From: an uncultured Gemmatimonadaceae bacterium
GTDB taxonomy: Bacteria; Gemmatimonadota; Gemmatimonadetes; Gemmatimonadales; Gemmatimonadaceae
DNA: 64,000 nt
Direction of reading: 5' to 3'
Assembly: GCA_963829055.1 (NCBI GenBank)
Contig: CAWHHI010000012.1
Coordinates: 448,001 to 512,000, forward strand
The notes beneath the pieces were generated by a model that was not told the DNA's origin, ran no database searches, and worked only from the letters and a program-made list of their open reading frames with translations. Shown here piece by piece: positions 13,555-26,730 of this stretch (positions are counted from its first letter, which is position 1; every line of letters begins with the position of its first letter). The position numbers were made by a program, and so were the translations under genes.

Positions 13555-16270
13555 CTAGTCCGCGCGGATCGAGATCAGCGGGTCGACCGCACACCGCGCG
13601 GCGCATCGGGCACCAGACACGCCGCGACCGCCGTCAGGAGCAGCACCGCCACGCCGATCGCGAATGACAGCGGGTCCGTGCGGCCGACGCCGTACAGCAT
13701 GTTCTCGAGCAGCTTCGACGCCCAGCGCGCGCCCAGCACGCCCGACGAGCGCGCCGACCGCCGCCATCACCACGCCGCGCCGGAGCACGGACTATCGCGA
13801 TCGTCGAGCGCGTGGCGCCGAGCGCGATCCGGATGCCGATCTCGCGCGTCTGCTGCGCGACCGCGTACGCCATCACGCCATAGAGCCCGACCGCGGCCAG
13901 CACGAGCGCGAGCACCGTGAACGCCACGAGCAGCGTCATCGTGAAGCGCGGCCGCGCGATCGACCGCTGCCATGACGTTCTCGATGTTGGTGACGTTCGG
14001 CGACGGCAGTGCGCGCGTCCGCCTGCGCGAACGAGCGCGCGGAGCGACGGAATCGGATCGGCGCCCGGCGCGACGCGAACCATGAGCGCCGGCTCGTAGG
14101 AGTCCGTCGCCGGCAGGTACAACATCGGCCGACTCGCGTCGCCCATGAGGCCGGCCGTGAGCGCATCCGCGACGACGCCGACGATCGTCGTCCAGTCGCC
14201 CTGGCCGTTGTAGACGACGCGAATCCGGTGACCTAGCGCCGACTTCCCGCGGCCAGTACTTCTTCGCGAAGCCGTCGTTGACGAGCGCCTGTCCGTGCCG
14301 CCTTCGACGTGTCGGTGATCGTCGAGCCTTCGACGAGCCGAATCCCCATGAAGCGGAAGTAGTCAGGCTCGACGCCGGTTGTAGTCGATGAACGACGTCG
14401 TGCCCGCCGGCGGCAGCGGGTCGCCCTCGATCTGCAGCGCACCGATGAGGAAGCTCCGCGACGGCGGCGCGCCGTCGGCGATCGTCAGCGGCCTCGACGC
14501 CGGGCACGTGACGCATCCGTTCGGCGATGTCCGACGAGGAACGCCTGCCGCGCCTCGGTCGTCGGATACTGCCTGCCGGCAGCGTGAGCTGAACCGCGTA
14601 CAGCCGCGACGGATCGAAGCCGGGATCGATGCGTCTGCAGGTGGACGATGCTGCGAATGAGCAGCGTCGCGCCCACGAGCAGGACCGTGGACACCGCCAT
14701 CTCGCTCACGACGAGCACCGAGCGACAGCCGTCGCTGCCGCCGCGACTGCGACACGGACGATGGCGCCTGCCTTGAGCGCATCGTTCGCGGAGAATCGCG
14801 CGGACTGCAGGGTGCCGAGCAGCTCCGACGATGAGTCCGGTCAGCGGCGGCGAGCCCCGCCGTCACGAGCAGCGTCGTCCCGTCCATTCGCGCCTCGCGC
14901 CAGCTCGGCGAGCGACTCCGGGCGCATCGCGACGCAGCGCGCTGCAGTCCGACCCAGCCCGACCAGAAGTCCACCAAGACAACCGGCGACGGCGAGCAGC
15001 AGACTCTCGGTGAGCAGCTGCCTGACGATGTCGAACGCCGACTCGCGCCCATCGCCGCGCGAATCGCGAGCTCGCGCTGGCGCGCGGCCGTCTTCGCGAG
15101 CAGCAGATGCGCGACGTTGCCGCAGGCGATGAGCAGCACGAGCGCGACGGCAACCGACAGCAGCAGCAGCGACTGACGGAAGCTCACCAGCTCGCTCGGC
15201 GCCGTGAGCTTGACCGTGAAGTCGCTCGCTCGCGCGCCTTCGGCCTGCTTCGCGGACGCTCGGGCGTAGATCGAGTCGAGCTCACGCGTCGCCGCGGCCA
15301 TGCGTCACGTTCGGCCGCAGCCGCCCGACCGAGTCGGCACGGCAATGCTGTCGTTGCGCAGGTCGAGCGGCAGCCAGACGTCGCTCACCGTTCTCCTCGA
15401 GCCTGCGGCAGCCGGTACCCGACCGGCATGACACCGATGACCGTGTACGGCTGATTGTCGAGCGCGATCGACTTGCCGATGATCGCGGCGGTCGCTCCCG
15501 TAGCGCCCACGCCAGAACGGCTCGCTCAACAGCGCGACGCGCCCGCCGTCGGCGATGTCGCGCGACGTGAACACGCGGCCGATGATCGGTTTCGTCCCGG
15601 TGAACTCACTGAACGACGGCAGGACCGACGCACGTTGACGCTGGCGGGTGTGCCGTCCGTCGTTCGCAGCGAACGGTCCGTCGCCGTGTACGCCTCGAAC
15701 GCCTCGAACGATCGGGCGTTCTCCTTCCAGGCGCGCACGACCTGCATGTCCGCGGCATGACCATCACGCTCATGCCGGTGTTGTTGCCGCGCGTCGGCTC
15801 GAGATACACGAACGCGATGCGATCCGCGTTCGGGTACGGCAGCGGGTGGAGCAGCAGCGTGTTGACGACGCTGAACACGGCGGTGTTGGCCCCAATGCCG
15901 AGCGCCAGCGTGATCACCGCGACGGCGGTCCAGCCCTTCTGCCTGCCTAACGTGCGCCAGGCGAACTGGACGTCGTGGACGAACGCGTCGACGAGCTGCG
16001 CGCGAGTCATGCGACGTTCCCTCCGGGAGGTGATGGCGATGCATTCGGCGCGCGCGCTGTGCGAGGTCGCCGAGTCGGCGCGTCGCGGCACGACGTGCGT
16101 CGGTCGTCGGACATGCCGCGCTCCATGTAGTCGCGTGCGCGCATGTCGATGTGAAACGCGAGCTCGTCGTCGACGTCGGCCTCCGCGCGCGGACCCCAGA
16201 AGCGCAGGTAGCGCCGCCACGTGGCGGCGCGTGGGCGTTCGGGGGCGGGCGCTTGCTGCGGATCGTTCAT
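13555..16270 (-). CDS. ADOP/MacB-like duplicated ABC permease with N-terminal prefix domain (frameshifted)
   Basis: [68 protein letters not shown] and [10 protein letters not shown]. Confidence 0.9.
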
Positions 16271-16285
16271 GAGCGGTCTCGCGAG

Positions 16286-16631
16286 TCAGCGCGGGCGCGG
16301 GGGCGGTCTCGAGCACCTTGAACACGGCGCCGGCGAACCGCGCCCAGTAGTCGCGCGACGCGGCGAGCTGCTTCTTGCCGGCGGTCGTTAGGCGATAGAA
16401 CTTCGCGCGCCGATTGTGCTCGGTGATCCCCCACTCGGCCACGATGAGGCCGCGCTCCTCGAGCTTGTGGAGCGCCGGATAGAGCGAGCCTTCCTCGACC
16501 TGGAGGACGTCGTCGGTGCACTGCTCGATCCAGCGCGCGATGCCGTAGCCGTGGGCGGGCGCCCAGGAGAGCGTCTTGAGCACCATGAGGTCGAGCGTGC
16601 CCTTCAGGAAATCGGTCGTCGAGTCGGGCAT
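16286..16631 (-). CDS. padR: PadR family regulator (acidobacterial type, ADOP-linked)
   Basis: FLKGTLDLMVLKTL..HGYGIARWIEQ..VEEGSLYPALHKLEERGLI..EWGITEHNRRAKFYRLT; the stop is shifted by a probable indel. Confidence 0.92.
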
Positions 16632-16671
16632 GGGATGCGGCGTCGGCGGCTCGGCGGCGGTGATCCGCGTC

Positions 16672-16710
16672 ACCTAGGACTCCTATGTATATACCTCGGA
16701 CTCCTAGGGT
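16672..16710. promoter_or_regulatory. Two tandem imperfect palindromes upstream of padR; candidate PadR operator
   Basis: ACCTAGGACTCCTATGT (16672-16688) and ACCTCGGACTCCTAGGGT (16693-16710) start 21 bp apart; consensus CCTAGGA-C-TCCTAGG. Confidence 0.6.
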
Positions 16711-16936
16711 ACGCAATATCGACTTCGCAGTGCCGGGCTGACTGCTTCGTAGCACGCGCGGAGCCGCAGACGACTCATTGGGCTAATGGCACAGCCGCTG
16801 CTAGAAGCGGTAGCGAGCAACGCGTCGGCATCACGCCAGCCGCTGCAAGCATGCCGGCGGCCGCATGCAGCATGCCAGCGCTTGCCTTCGGCCGATTTCG
16901 CGCGTAGCGTATCGGTCGACGTCATCCAGCGAGGCG

Positions 16937-18315
16937 ATGCGTGGTCGAGAGACGGCGTCCGCGGTTGATGCCGCTCTGCCTTGATTGTCGCGGTCGTGTT
17001 CGGACGATCGCGGCGCCGAGCGCGCGCGCACAGACGCCGGTCGACTCGGCGCTGCTCGCCTACATCAACTCGCATTCGCGCCGATCGACGTCCACGCGCA
17101 TCCAATGCGCCCGTGCCGCCGGCGCGCCCGCGGACACCGAGTTCGACGCGCTGCCGCTCGACGGGATTCCGCCGTTCGCCGTGTCCCGCATCGCCTCTCG
17201 CTCGACGACCCCATCTGGCGAAGCGCGCAGGACGCGCTGTTTCACGCGCCGACCGCGGCGAACGACAGCGTCTATCGCGCCGGCACTCCGCAGCGCGGCG
17301 CGAAGCGACGCGTCGCGCAGCACGGCGAGCACTTTCCCGACGTGGGCGCTCGACGCCGCCGGCATCGACGTGATGCTGGCGAATCGCATCGCCATGGGCG
17401 CCGGGCTCGCGAGCCCGCGCTTCCGCTGGGTGCCGTTCGCCGACCCGCTCATGTACCCGCTGGACACGCGCGGCGAGGCCGCTCGGACACCCGACACGCG
17501 CTCGCTGTATCCGAAGGAGGCTGCGCTGCTCAGGCGCTACCTCCGCGAGCTTCGGCATCGCCAAGCTTCCGCCGACGCTCGACGCCTACACGCGCACCGT
17601 CGTTAGGCCGACGCTCGAGCGATGGCGCTCCGGCGGCGCCGTGGGCATCAAGTTCGAGGCCGCGTATCTGCGCCCCCTCGACTTCGACGATCCCGACCCC
17701 GCAGCCGCACGCGCGATCGTACGCGCGATACGTCGCCGGCGGCGTCGCCGACGCGCGCCGAGTACAAGACGCTCGAGGACTACCTGATGCGCGTGATCGC
17801 CAGCGACGCCGGGGCGCCTGCGACCTGACGATCCAGATTCACACGCTCGAGACGTTCGGCGGCTACTACGCGTCCGCGCGGTGCGGCACCGCACCTGCTC
17901 GAGCCGCTGTTCAACGACTCGACACTCCGCGCGACGAAGTTCGTCATCGTCCACGGCGGCTGGCCGCTCATCGGCGAGACGCAGGGGCTGCTTGTCGAAG
18001 CCGAACGTGTACGCCGACATCTCGATGATGGACATCCTCCTCTCGCCGACGCAGCTCGCCGGCGCGCTCCGCCAGTGGCTCGGCGAGTGGCCCGACAAGG
18101 TGCTGTTCGGCAGCGACGCGTTCGACGGCGGGCCCGAGCAAGGGTGGGAGCAGGTCGCGTGGGTCGGTTCGACGACCGCGCGCCGAGCGCTCGCCATCGC
18201 GCTCACCGGCATGATGCGCGACGGCGAGATCAATCGCCCGCGCGCCGAGGCAGCTCGCGCGGATGGTGATGCGTCGAGAACGCGCTGGCCGCCTACGACC
18301 TCGGACGTCCGTTGA
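16937..18315 (+). CDS. Exported amidohydrolase_2 (TIM-barrel metal-dependent hydrolase; frameshifted)
   Basis: IDVHAHP, VGIKFEAAYLRPLDF, IQIHT, KFVIVHGGWP, PNVYADIS and KVLFGSDA. Confidence 0.8.
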
Positions 18316-18344
18316 ATCTCATCACCACCCTCCTCGCCTTCCCG

Positions 18345-19791
18345 ATGCCTGATTCGCGATGTCACCCTGGTTGCGGCGCTCGTCGTCGCCATGGCACCGG
18401 TGTCGCATGCCCGCGCAGGAGACGCCGACGGAGCGCGACGCCGCGCGCGTCGTCGTGCAGAAGCAGATGGACCCTCGAGCGCTCGCTGAACCTCGACGCG
18501 CTCGTCGCGCAAGCTCACCGGCGCCGAACCCGGCGCGCGACGCCGTCGCCGCGCGCGCCAAGGAGCTCATGGACACGGAGCTGCTCGCGTTAGGCGACGA
18601 CATCACGAAGCATCCCGGAGATCGGCTTCGAGGAGACGCGATCGGTGCAGCTGCTCATCGACTATCTCAAGAAGCACGACTTCGACGTCACCATGGGCGT
18701 CGGCGAGCTCAAGACCGCGTTCGTCGCCCGCTACAACAAGTCGACGCCGGGCCCGAAGCTCGGCGTGATCCTCGAGTACGACGCGCTCCGCGGCACGAAG
18801 GGCGCGTTCCACGGCGACCAGCACTCGACGCAGGGACCGATCGGGATCGCGGCGGCGGTCGCGGTCGCCGAGTTCCTGACGCGGACGAAGACGCCAGGCA
18901 GCGTCGACGGTGTTCGGCGCGCCGGGCGAGGAGATGATGCCGCCGAACGCGAAGACCGTCATGTACGAGGCGGGTGCGTTCAAGGGCATGGACGTGCTCG
19001 TGCGCAGTCACGCCGTCGAGCGCGACCAGTCGCCCGGCGGCCGGATTCGGCACGTGCTGCATGAACATCGACGGCGTGAAGTACACGTTCTTCGGCGCGC
19101 CCGCGCATCAGCTCACGGCGTGGAACGGCCGCAACGCACTCGAGGCGGTGATCCACCTCTTCAACAACATCGACGCCGATTCGGAGCAACATCCGCCCGG
19201 AGGCGCGCATTCAGGGCGTCATCACGGAAGGCGGCGCGGCGCCTAACGTCGTTCCCGACCGCACGGCGGCCGACTTCTACATTCGCTACCCGGACGAGGT
19301 CTATCTCGCGCAGGAAACCGAGATGGTGAACAACGCGGCGCGCGGCGGCCGCGCTCGCGACCGGAACGCAGGTGAAGATCGATCACTACGGGCGCAACCG
19401 CGACGGCATCGGCGTCGCGTCGCTCGACGAGGTCGGCTTCGCCTACATGAAGAAGTACGGCGCGACCGGCGTGCTGCCGGAGCCGGGCAAGCCGCAGGGC
19501 TACGAGGAGACCGGCAGCGTCTCGAGCAACATTCCGGGCATCGGGTTCAGCGCGAAGACCTCGAACGCGCCGAACCACACGTACGAGATGGAAGCCGACG
19601 CGCTGACGGACGTCGGGCACGCGCGGCTTCGTCATCGACGCGCAGGCGATGGCGTCGCTGCTGTACGATTTCGCGACACGTGCCGACTACCGCGCGCTCG
19701 TCAAACGCGAGTTCGACGGGCTCAAGGCGCTCCACGAGGAGTACCTCGAGGCGCTCCGCAAAGTCTACACGGTACCCAAGGTCGTCGGTGA
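18345..19791 (+). CDS. M20 family peptidase / dimerisation-domain protein (frameshifted)
   Basis: ITKHPEIGFEE, ILEYDAL, FGAPGEE, GAPAHQLTAWNGRNALEA and GVITEGGAAPNVVPD. Confidence 0.85.
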
Positions 19792-19938
19792 GCGAGCGTC
19801 ACCCTAACGTGACTCAACGAATGGCGGTGGCGGTCGCAGGCATCCGGGTGACCCGCACCTCCGCGCCGAGCTCGCAAGCCATCTCGCGATGCACATCGCG
19901 GAGAATATGCGGCGCGGCAACGAGCGCGGCGCCTAACG

Positions 19939-21876
19939 CTACTGGCGGCGCGCTCGCGCGAGCGCTTCCCCGAGCTCGTCCGTGCGGGCCTTCGACATCT
20001 GCGCGAAGCACTCCGACAGGGGCTCGGCCCACAGTGGCACAGTCCCGGGCGCGGGACTCCTCGTGCACTCACGGTCGCGCTGCACGATCCACGTCCGCTG
20101 CTCGACGCGCAGCTGCGTGACACCCGGTGGATCCGGCGCGCCACGCTGCGTTCCCGCGATGCGACGCAGCTCGACGATCAGCGAGTCGTACACACGCTGC
20201 AGCGCGGCATCGTTCACCGCGATGTGCGCGAGCAGGCACGCGCGCTGGTCCGCCATCGTCGGGGTGGCGCAACGCTGACTCGGCGCGGTAGTGCTGCTCG
20301 CGGTGGGGTGGGTGTGCCTGCGGTGGGCGTGCGTGCGGGGCGCGTGCTTGCTGACTCAGCCGCGCTCGATGGTCGCGCGACCGTTGGTGGCCTGAACGGG
20401 TCGTCGGCTTTTGCTTGCGTCCGAGTCGTAGCGGACGACGGCTCACGTCGTGGAGAAGCCGGCTGCCTGGACGCGCTGTCGGGAAGCGCGGGTCGTGGGC
20501 TCGGCACCGGCTGGGCCGCGACTGTCGTATCGGCCGCGCGCGCAGGCGGCGGTGTTACTCGTTTCGAGTTGGCCGCCGAGTCGGCCGTGCGCGCGGAGTC
20601 GAGCGCAACTGTGCCGGCGCTCGATGTGAGGCCGCCGTTAGGCTCGGTAGGCGACGCGTCCCGCCCACGCCCGCCGAGCACGATGTACAAGGATCCGGCG
20701 CCGATGAGCAGCGGGACGAGCAGCGCCAGTCCGCGGAGGATTGGCCGACGGGTGAGAAGGCGACGCGCAGAGCGTGGCGCGGCCGCGGCGGCGGGCGGGG
20801 CAGTGTTCCGGGTGCGCGTCGGAACTGGCCACCGCGGCGTCGCCTGTGACTGCTCTGCGTCCGCAATACCGTCGCGGTCGCGCGCCGGCTCGGCTGCCAC
20901 CGCCGGCGAGCTGGCCGGGAGCGCATCGTCGAGCGGCACTGAACCAGGCGACGGGATCGGACGGAACTTCACCGTCGGCTCGTCTTCGGTCGAGCGCGGA
21001 CCCGGCGGGTACGCCGCCGTCAGGACTGGTGGCGGGTTGTACGTTAGGCGACCGAGGAACTCCTCGATGCTCTGCCATCGCTGCGCCTTGTTCTTCACCA
21101 GCGCGCCCTCGATGGCGAACAGCAGATTTGCGGGAACGCGTGGCCTGAGCTCCGTGATGCGCGGCAGCTCCTCGTGCTTCTGCTTGTAGATGACGCCGTA
21201 AAGATTCTCTCCCGCCCACGGTCGGCGGCCCGTCAGCAGCTCCCAACCAAGCACACCGAGGCTGTAGATGTCGCTCCGACCGTCGACGTGGCCGCCGTCG
21301 ATCTGCTCGGGCGACATGTACTGCGGCGTGCCGAGTGCGGCGCCGAGCTGCGTGATGGCGGGGTCGCCGTCGATCTTCCGAGCGATGCCGAAGTCGGAGA
21401 GCAGTGCGCGTCCGGTACGCTCGTCGAGGAAGACGTTTTCCGGTTTCACGTCGCGGTGGACGATGCCGCGCCGATGCGCGTAGGCGAGCGCGTTCGCGAC
21501 GTCTCGCAGGACGGTCTCTGCCCGCTCCGCGTCGAAGGCGCCATACTCGCGCAGACGATCTCGCACTGTCCCGCCGGCGACGTATTCCATGATGATCGCC
21601 AGCGCGCGGTCGTCGATCTGCTCGATCGCTTCGGTACGTACGATGTTCGGATGGTCGAGGTCGGCGACGACGCGTGCCTCGCGCGCGAACCGCTGGAGGG
21701 CGTCCGGGTCGTCCAGGTAGCGCGCGCGGACGGCCTTGATGGCCACGAGGCGGTTGGAGTCCCGCCTGCCGCGCGAGATAGACCGCCGCCATCCCGCCCT
21801 GCCCGATCTCGCGGATCAGCTCGTAGTCGCGCTCGAGTGTTTGAAGGTCAGTGGGAAAGTCAGTTTCGGGCGGCAT
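19939..21876 (-). CDS. Membrane Hanks-type Ser/Thr kinase with C-terminal LprI/DUF1311-like domain (paralog 1)
   Basis: IGQGGMAAVY, AIK, HRDVKPEN, DFG, GTPQYMSPEQ, one TM segment, a Pro/Ala linker, then DQRACL..DAALQRVY..LRVEQRTWIVQRDREC..ECF. Confidence 0.88.
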
Positions 21877-21948
21877 CGGCTCGGCGGTGAATGCCGTCGC
21901 TATATGCCGGATGTATGCCGAACCGTGGAGACGCGGCCTCGACCGTCT

Positions 21949-22834
21949 TCAAGGGGCAAGCGGCAGACCGACACGCTCCGCGAGCCGTGCTGCGTCGAAC
22001 GGCGCGTGTACCTTCGCGTCGTTGTCGAAGTAGACATACACATCTCGGGCGCCCTTGGGCCCACTGCGCCACGCGTCGATCTTCGCCGCCCACGCATTGA
22101 GCTCGGCGTCGGTGTAGCCGCTCGCGTACAGCTCCTGCGATCCGTGCAGCCGCACATACACGAAATCCGCCGTGACTTCCTCGGCATAGGGGAACTTGCC
22201 GGCCGTATCGGCGATCACGAACGCGCAGCGGTGCGCGCGCAGCAGGCTGTAGAACTCGTCGTTGAAGTACGTGGGATGCCGCACCTCGAACGCGTGGCGG
22301 AAGGCGACGTTCGCTGACGCGTCCACGAGCGCCCCGCGACGGAGCCGATGGTCATGCTGGCGCGCGACGGCCTCGGCTTCCACGGCTAGTGCGCGGCAGT
22401 TGCCGCATGAACGCGTCCAGTCGCTCGGCCTCGAAGCGGTAGGTCGCGGGGAGTTGCCAGAGAAAGGGCCCGGTCTTTTGCCCGAGCGCGAGCACCCCGC
22501 TCGCGAAGAAATTCCCGAGTGAAGCTTCGGCATTCTTCAGCTTGAGATTGTGCGTGATGAAGCGGCCACCCTTGACCGCGAACACGAACTCACCGTTGGG
22601 AACTTCGGCGACCCACCGCTCGAACACCGCCGGCGATTTCAGGCTGTAGAACGTGCCGTTCAACTCGATGCTGTTGAAGCGGCGGCTCGCGAACTCGAGC
22701 CAGCGTCGAGCGGGCAGATCTTCGGGATAGAACCGGCCGCGCCAGGGTTTGTAGTCGTATCCGCTGATGCCGACGAACGCGCGGCCCGATGGGCGACCGC
22801 GCGCCTTCGCCTGCCCTACCGCTTGCTCTGTCAC
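21949..22834 (-). CDS. DUF72 family protein (one frameshift)
   Basis: VGISGYDY, FNSIELNGTFY, FITH, LWQLP, HAFEVRH, YVRLHG and YVYFDND. Confidence 0.92.
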
Positions 22835-22908
22835 CGGCCAACGGCGCTCACCGAACGAGACCGGTGATGACGCAAGGCAATCTGTGGGCCCGCTCAGCCC
22901 GTTCGGCC

Positions 22909-25027
22909 CTAACGCGGGATGACCGGAAGCACGACGTGCGACGGATGCGCCGCGTCATGCACGAGCCGTTGATGCGCGACCACGAACGTGCTGTCGCGCT
23001 CGTTGTTGCCGCCGGTGTTCAGATTCCGATCGTACTTCGGAAACAGTGCCGACGACACACTCACGCGGAGTCGGTGGCCCGGCTCGAACACGCGCGACGT
23101 GAACCAGAGGTCGATGTCGTACCGCTCGACGCTGCCCGGCGTGAGCGGCACCTCCTTGTCGAATCCCTGCCGGAAGCGCGCGCGCGCCACGCCATCCTGG
23201 ACTCGCTCGGCGTGACCATCCGGGAAGACGTCGAGCAGCATGACGTTCCAGTCCGTGTCTTTCGCGTCGGTCGCCGCCCACAGCGTCGCCGACATCTGAC
23301 CCGTCACTTCGATCGGCTTCGTCAAGCGGCTTCGACGTGAAGACGAGCGCGTCACGACGCGACGCGTTGAGTGACGTGAAGTCCTCGTTGAGCGACGTCT
23401 CGAGCTCGCGCGAATCGATGAGGTAGGGCGTCGGATTCGCGGGATCGTACGTGAACGTGTCCGCCGGCGCGCGCCGTTCGGCGGAATGGTGTCGAGCACA
23501 CCGTCGCCCGCACTCGTGTTCGCCTTGCCGCCCGACGACACGTACCACTTCGTCGGAACCGCGCGTGCGAGCGGCCACGCCGGTTCCTTCCGCCACGCGT
23601 TGTCACCGAACACGAAGATGTCCACCGGCGGCTCACTGTCGACGCCGTTGTCCTTGCCCAGCAGATAGTGATCGAACCAGCGGAGCTGGAGTCGTCGCGT
23701 GTCGACGCGCGACTCCGGACCGAACTCGCCGGCGACGTAGTCGACGCCCTTGTGCGCGCCCGGACCCATGACGAGCCGAACGAACGGATGCCCGGGCACC
23801 TTGTTCAGTGCGTTCGTGTAGTCGATCGGCCCGCGCGAATCGTCGTACCAGCCGGAGATCTGCAGCACCGGCGCGCGGACCTTCGCGATGTTCGTCGTCA
23901 CCGCGTGCGCGCGCCAATACGCGTCGAGCGTGGGATGCGCGATCCATCGATCCCACAGCGGCACGTCGCCGCAGCCGAGTTGCTGTGGCAGATCGCTGAG
24001 CGGCAGGTGCTTGAGCGCGGCGCCGATGTCGAGGTCGCTGATGTCCTGCAGCGTTCGCGCGCGCATGAGACACGCCCACGCGACGTTGATCGGCGAGAAC
24101 ACCATGTCCTCGTACGGAACGATGCGCCACGGATCGCCGGTCGCCGCCGACGGCGCGATGGCCGCGAGATGCGGCGGTGCGCTCACGGCCGCGTACCACG
24201 CGAGCCGCCCCTCGTCCGAGTGGCCGATCAACCCCACGCGCCCGTTCGCGCCCGGGAGCTTCGCTGCCCACTCGACGGCGTCGTAGCCATCGCGCACGTC
24301 GGTGTCGTAGTCGCCGAAATCCTTTCCGTCGGAGACGTCTCGGCCACGCACGTGCTGCGCGACGAAGATGTAGCCGCGCGACGCCCAGTAGCGGCCCGCC
24401 GGATGGAGAATGCGCGTGTACGGCGTTCGCTGCATAACGACGCCGAACGGTCCCTGCCCCACCGGACGCGCGACGTAGCTCGCGAGCTTCGCGCCGTCGC
24501 GCGTCGTCATGAAGACGAGCGTGTCTTCGGTGACGGCGTACTGCGAGTCGGACACGGCGCCAGGCCACAGCGTCGTACGTCTGCTCGGCCACGAACGGAG
24601 TCGCTTCGTCGCACGAGCCGAATGCGCCGACCCGACGGCTTCCCGTTCGCGAGCATGACTCCGGTGAGCGTGTCGCCATGCCACGCCGCCGCGATCGATT
24701 GGCTACCGCTCGCCACTCAGCGTGAGTGAATCGCCCTGCGTGACCACATGCGTGACGTCGAGCAGCGTGTCGCCGGTACGGCGGCGGATCGAGCCAGTGA
24801 CGCCTGAATCACCGCTCTGCGAAATGCGCGAATCCCATGCGCCGCCACCCCTCGAACCCGGGTCGCGTGGTCGAGCCGCTCGCGAGGTAGGCGTCCCAGT
24901 CGCCGGTGAGCACGGGCGCGCCGGCGGGCGAGCGCTTTTCGGTGGTACACGCGACTGCAGTGGCAACGGTAGCGATCGCGGCGAGAGCTCGTACGCGGCG
25001 CGCGGACGCGAAGCGGTGAGAGCGCAT
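22909..25027 (-). CDS. Exported CocE/NonD family hydrolase (frameshifted)
   Basis: MTTRDGAKLA, RTPY, DGYDAVEWAA, nucleophile elbow GHSDEG, GWYD and C-terminal GHRLRVSVSSALFPKYDRNLNTG. Confidence 0.9.
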
Positions 25028-25118
25028 GTCGTGGGTGACTCGGCTGGTGAAAACGGCGCACGTTCGGGAAGACCGACGATGCGCGCGCCACGCGGAGAGC
25101 GCTACCCTGTCTCGTCGA

Positions 25119-26531
25119 CTACAGCTGCTCCGGCACGAAGCGGGTCACTTTACCATCCGGCGTGAGCTCGATCGTGTAGTAGACGGTGCGGCCATCACCC
25201 TCGACCTTGTATCGATACACCCAGCGGACCTTCGAGCCGAAGCGCTCGATCCCCTTGCTTCCGTTGTCCTCCACTTCGAGGAACGCAATCCGCGCCGACG
25301 ACGCCTTGAACCCGCGCGCGGCCGTGGTGCGGACGGGCCCACCGGGGTTGCGCAGGTTCGGAGCGAGCATCTCCGAGTCACGGTTGTCGGCCACAGCGGC
25401 AAGCATACCCAGGAGTCGTTGGGACAGCGCCGGGTCAGGGTCTGGACGCTCGACGAGCGACCGCATCGCCAATCCGGGCACGTAGAAGCTTGCGACGTTC
25501 GTCGCCAGCACGTTGACGGCGTTCCAGCGGTCGATGTTGAACAGCACGACGACGCTCAGGTCATCGTCCGGGTATCGGTAGATCACCGACGAGAATCCGG
25601 CGACGGTGCTCCCGTTATGCAGCACCATGTGATGGCCTCTGAACTCGTCGAGGAACCACGCGATTCCGCCGCTGAACGTTGACCCATCGTTGAATCGAAC
25701 TGGCGTCGTCATCAACTTCATCGTCTCCGGCTTGACGATCGAGCCATTCGTCAGCGCGATGTTCCACCGCGCCATGTCGGCGGCGGTGCTCAGAACTCCG
25801 CCGTTCGGTGCGAGGATCGCCGGACGCAGCGGCTCGCCGTTCTCGAGTACACCGTCACGGTCGACGTATCCCGATGCATGGTTAGGCACGACGTCACTCG
25901 GGCGTCTCAAGCGCGTCTCCCGCATGCCGGCGGGCGTGAAAATACGTTCTATGACGAAGCGCTCGTACGGAAGGCCGGTGACCTTCTCGATCACCTTGCC
26001 TAACAACGGGAAGGCGCTGTTCGTGTACGAGAATCGGGTTCCCGGTGCGAAATCGAGCGGGTGACGTGCCACGAACGCGATGAACTCGGCAGTCGTGTAC
26101 TCGCGGCGGTAGGAGAACGCGGTATCCGCTTCCCAGTCTGGCAGCCCCGACGTATGCGTCAGCAAGTGACGCAGCCGGATGCCACCCCATTCCTGCGGAA
26201 GGCCGGTCAGATACTTCGAGAGCGGGTCCTCGAGACCTAGCTTCCCCTCCTCGACGAGCAGCATCACGGCCTCGGCAGCGACCTGCTTGCTCATCGACCC
26301 GATCTCGAACACGCTGTGCTCGGTCGCGGCGACGTTGAGCTCCAGGTTCGCCACGCCATACCCCGCCGCTTTCACGACCTGGTTATGATGGACGACCGAG
26401 ATTGCGGCTCCCGGGACGCGATGGCGCTGGAGGAAGTCGCGTACGAACGCGTCGACCGAATCGGGCGCCTGGGCGCCAAGCTGGCCAGTGAGCGCCAGGG
26501 TGGCGATGACACAATGGGCGAAGCCTCTCAT
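25119..26531 (-). CDS. Serine hydrolase, beta-lactamase class C/PBP-like family
   Basis: Signal peptide, SxxK (GSMSK), LLTHTSG, YTN and HNG; intact ORF. Confidence 0.9.
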   Translation of the reverse strand: MRGFAHCVIATLALTGQLGAQAPDSVDAFVRDFLQRHRVPGAAISVVHHNQVVKAAGYGVANLELNVAATEHSVFEIGSMSKQVAAEAVMLLVEEGKLGLEDPLSKYLTGLPQEWGGIRLRHLLTHTSGLPDWEADTAFSYRREYTTAEFIAFVARHPLDFAPGTRFSYTNSAFPLLGKVIEKVTGLPYERFVIERIFTPAGMRETRLRRPSDVVPNHASGYVDRDGVLENGEPLRPAILAPNGGVLSTAADMARWNIALTNGSIVKPETMKLMTTPVRFNDGSTFSGGIAWFLDEFRGHHMVLHNGSTVAGFSSVIYRYPDDDLSVVVLFNIDRWNAVNVLATNVASFYVPGLAMRSLVERPDPDPALSQRLLGMLAAVADNRDSEMLAPNLRNPGGPVRTTAARGFKASSARIAFLEVEDNGSKGIERFGSKVRWVYRYKVEGDGRTVYYTIELTPDGKVTRFVPEQL

Positions 26532-26730
26532 GCGGTCGTGACCCCCTCGAACGAGACCCGTGCAAGGTGCCGGCATGGAGGCGAGCGATTCAATACGCTG
26601 GACGAAGGCATTGCAGTGCTCGGACACCACCCCTCCATGCCAAGTCACCGGCCCCTCTACTTTTGTCCTCCCAACTGGCACAGGGACGGCGTATGTTGCC
26701 GCCTGGTTTGCCACCCCAACCGGAATCGAC

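Noticed and set aside
15606..16673. Apparent PadR-permease fusion ORF (355 aa)
   Set aside because: It is produced by indels. PadR ends near 16286 and the permease has its own ATG at 16270, and the joining segment is out-of-frame sequence.
25119..26531. Bona fide antibiotic-resistance beta-lactamase
   Set aside because: SxxK/YxN/HxG motifs are shared by many esterases and peptidases of this fold, and nothing here specifies beta-lactam hydrolysis.
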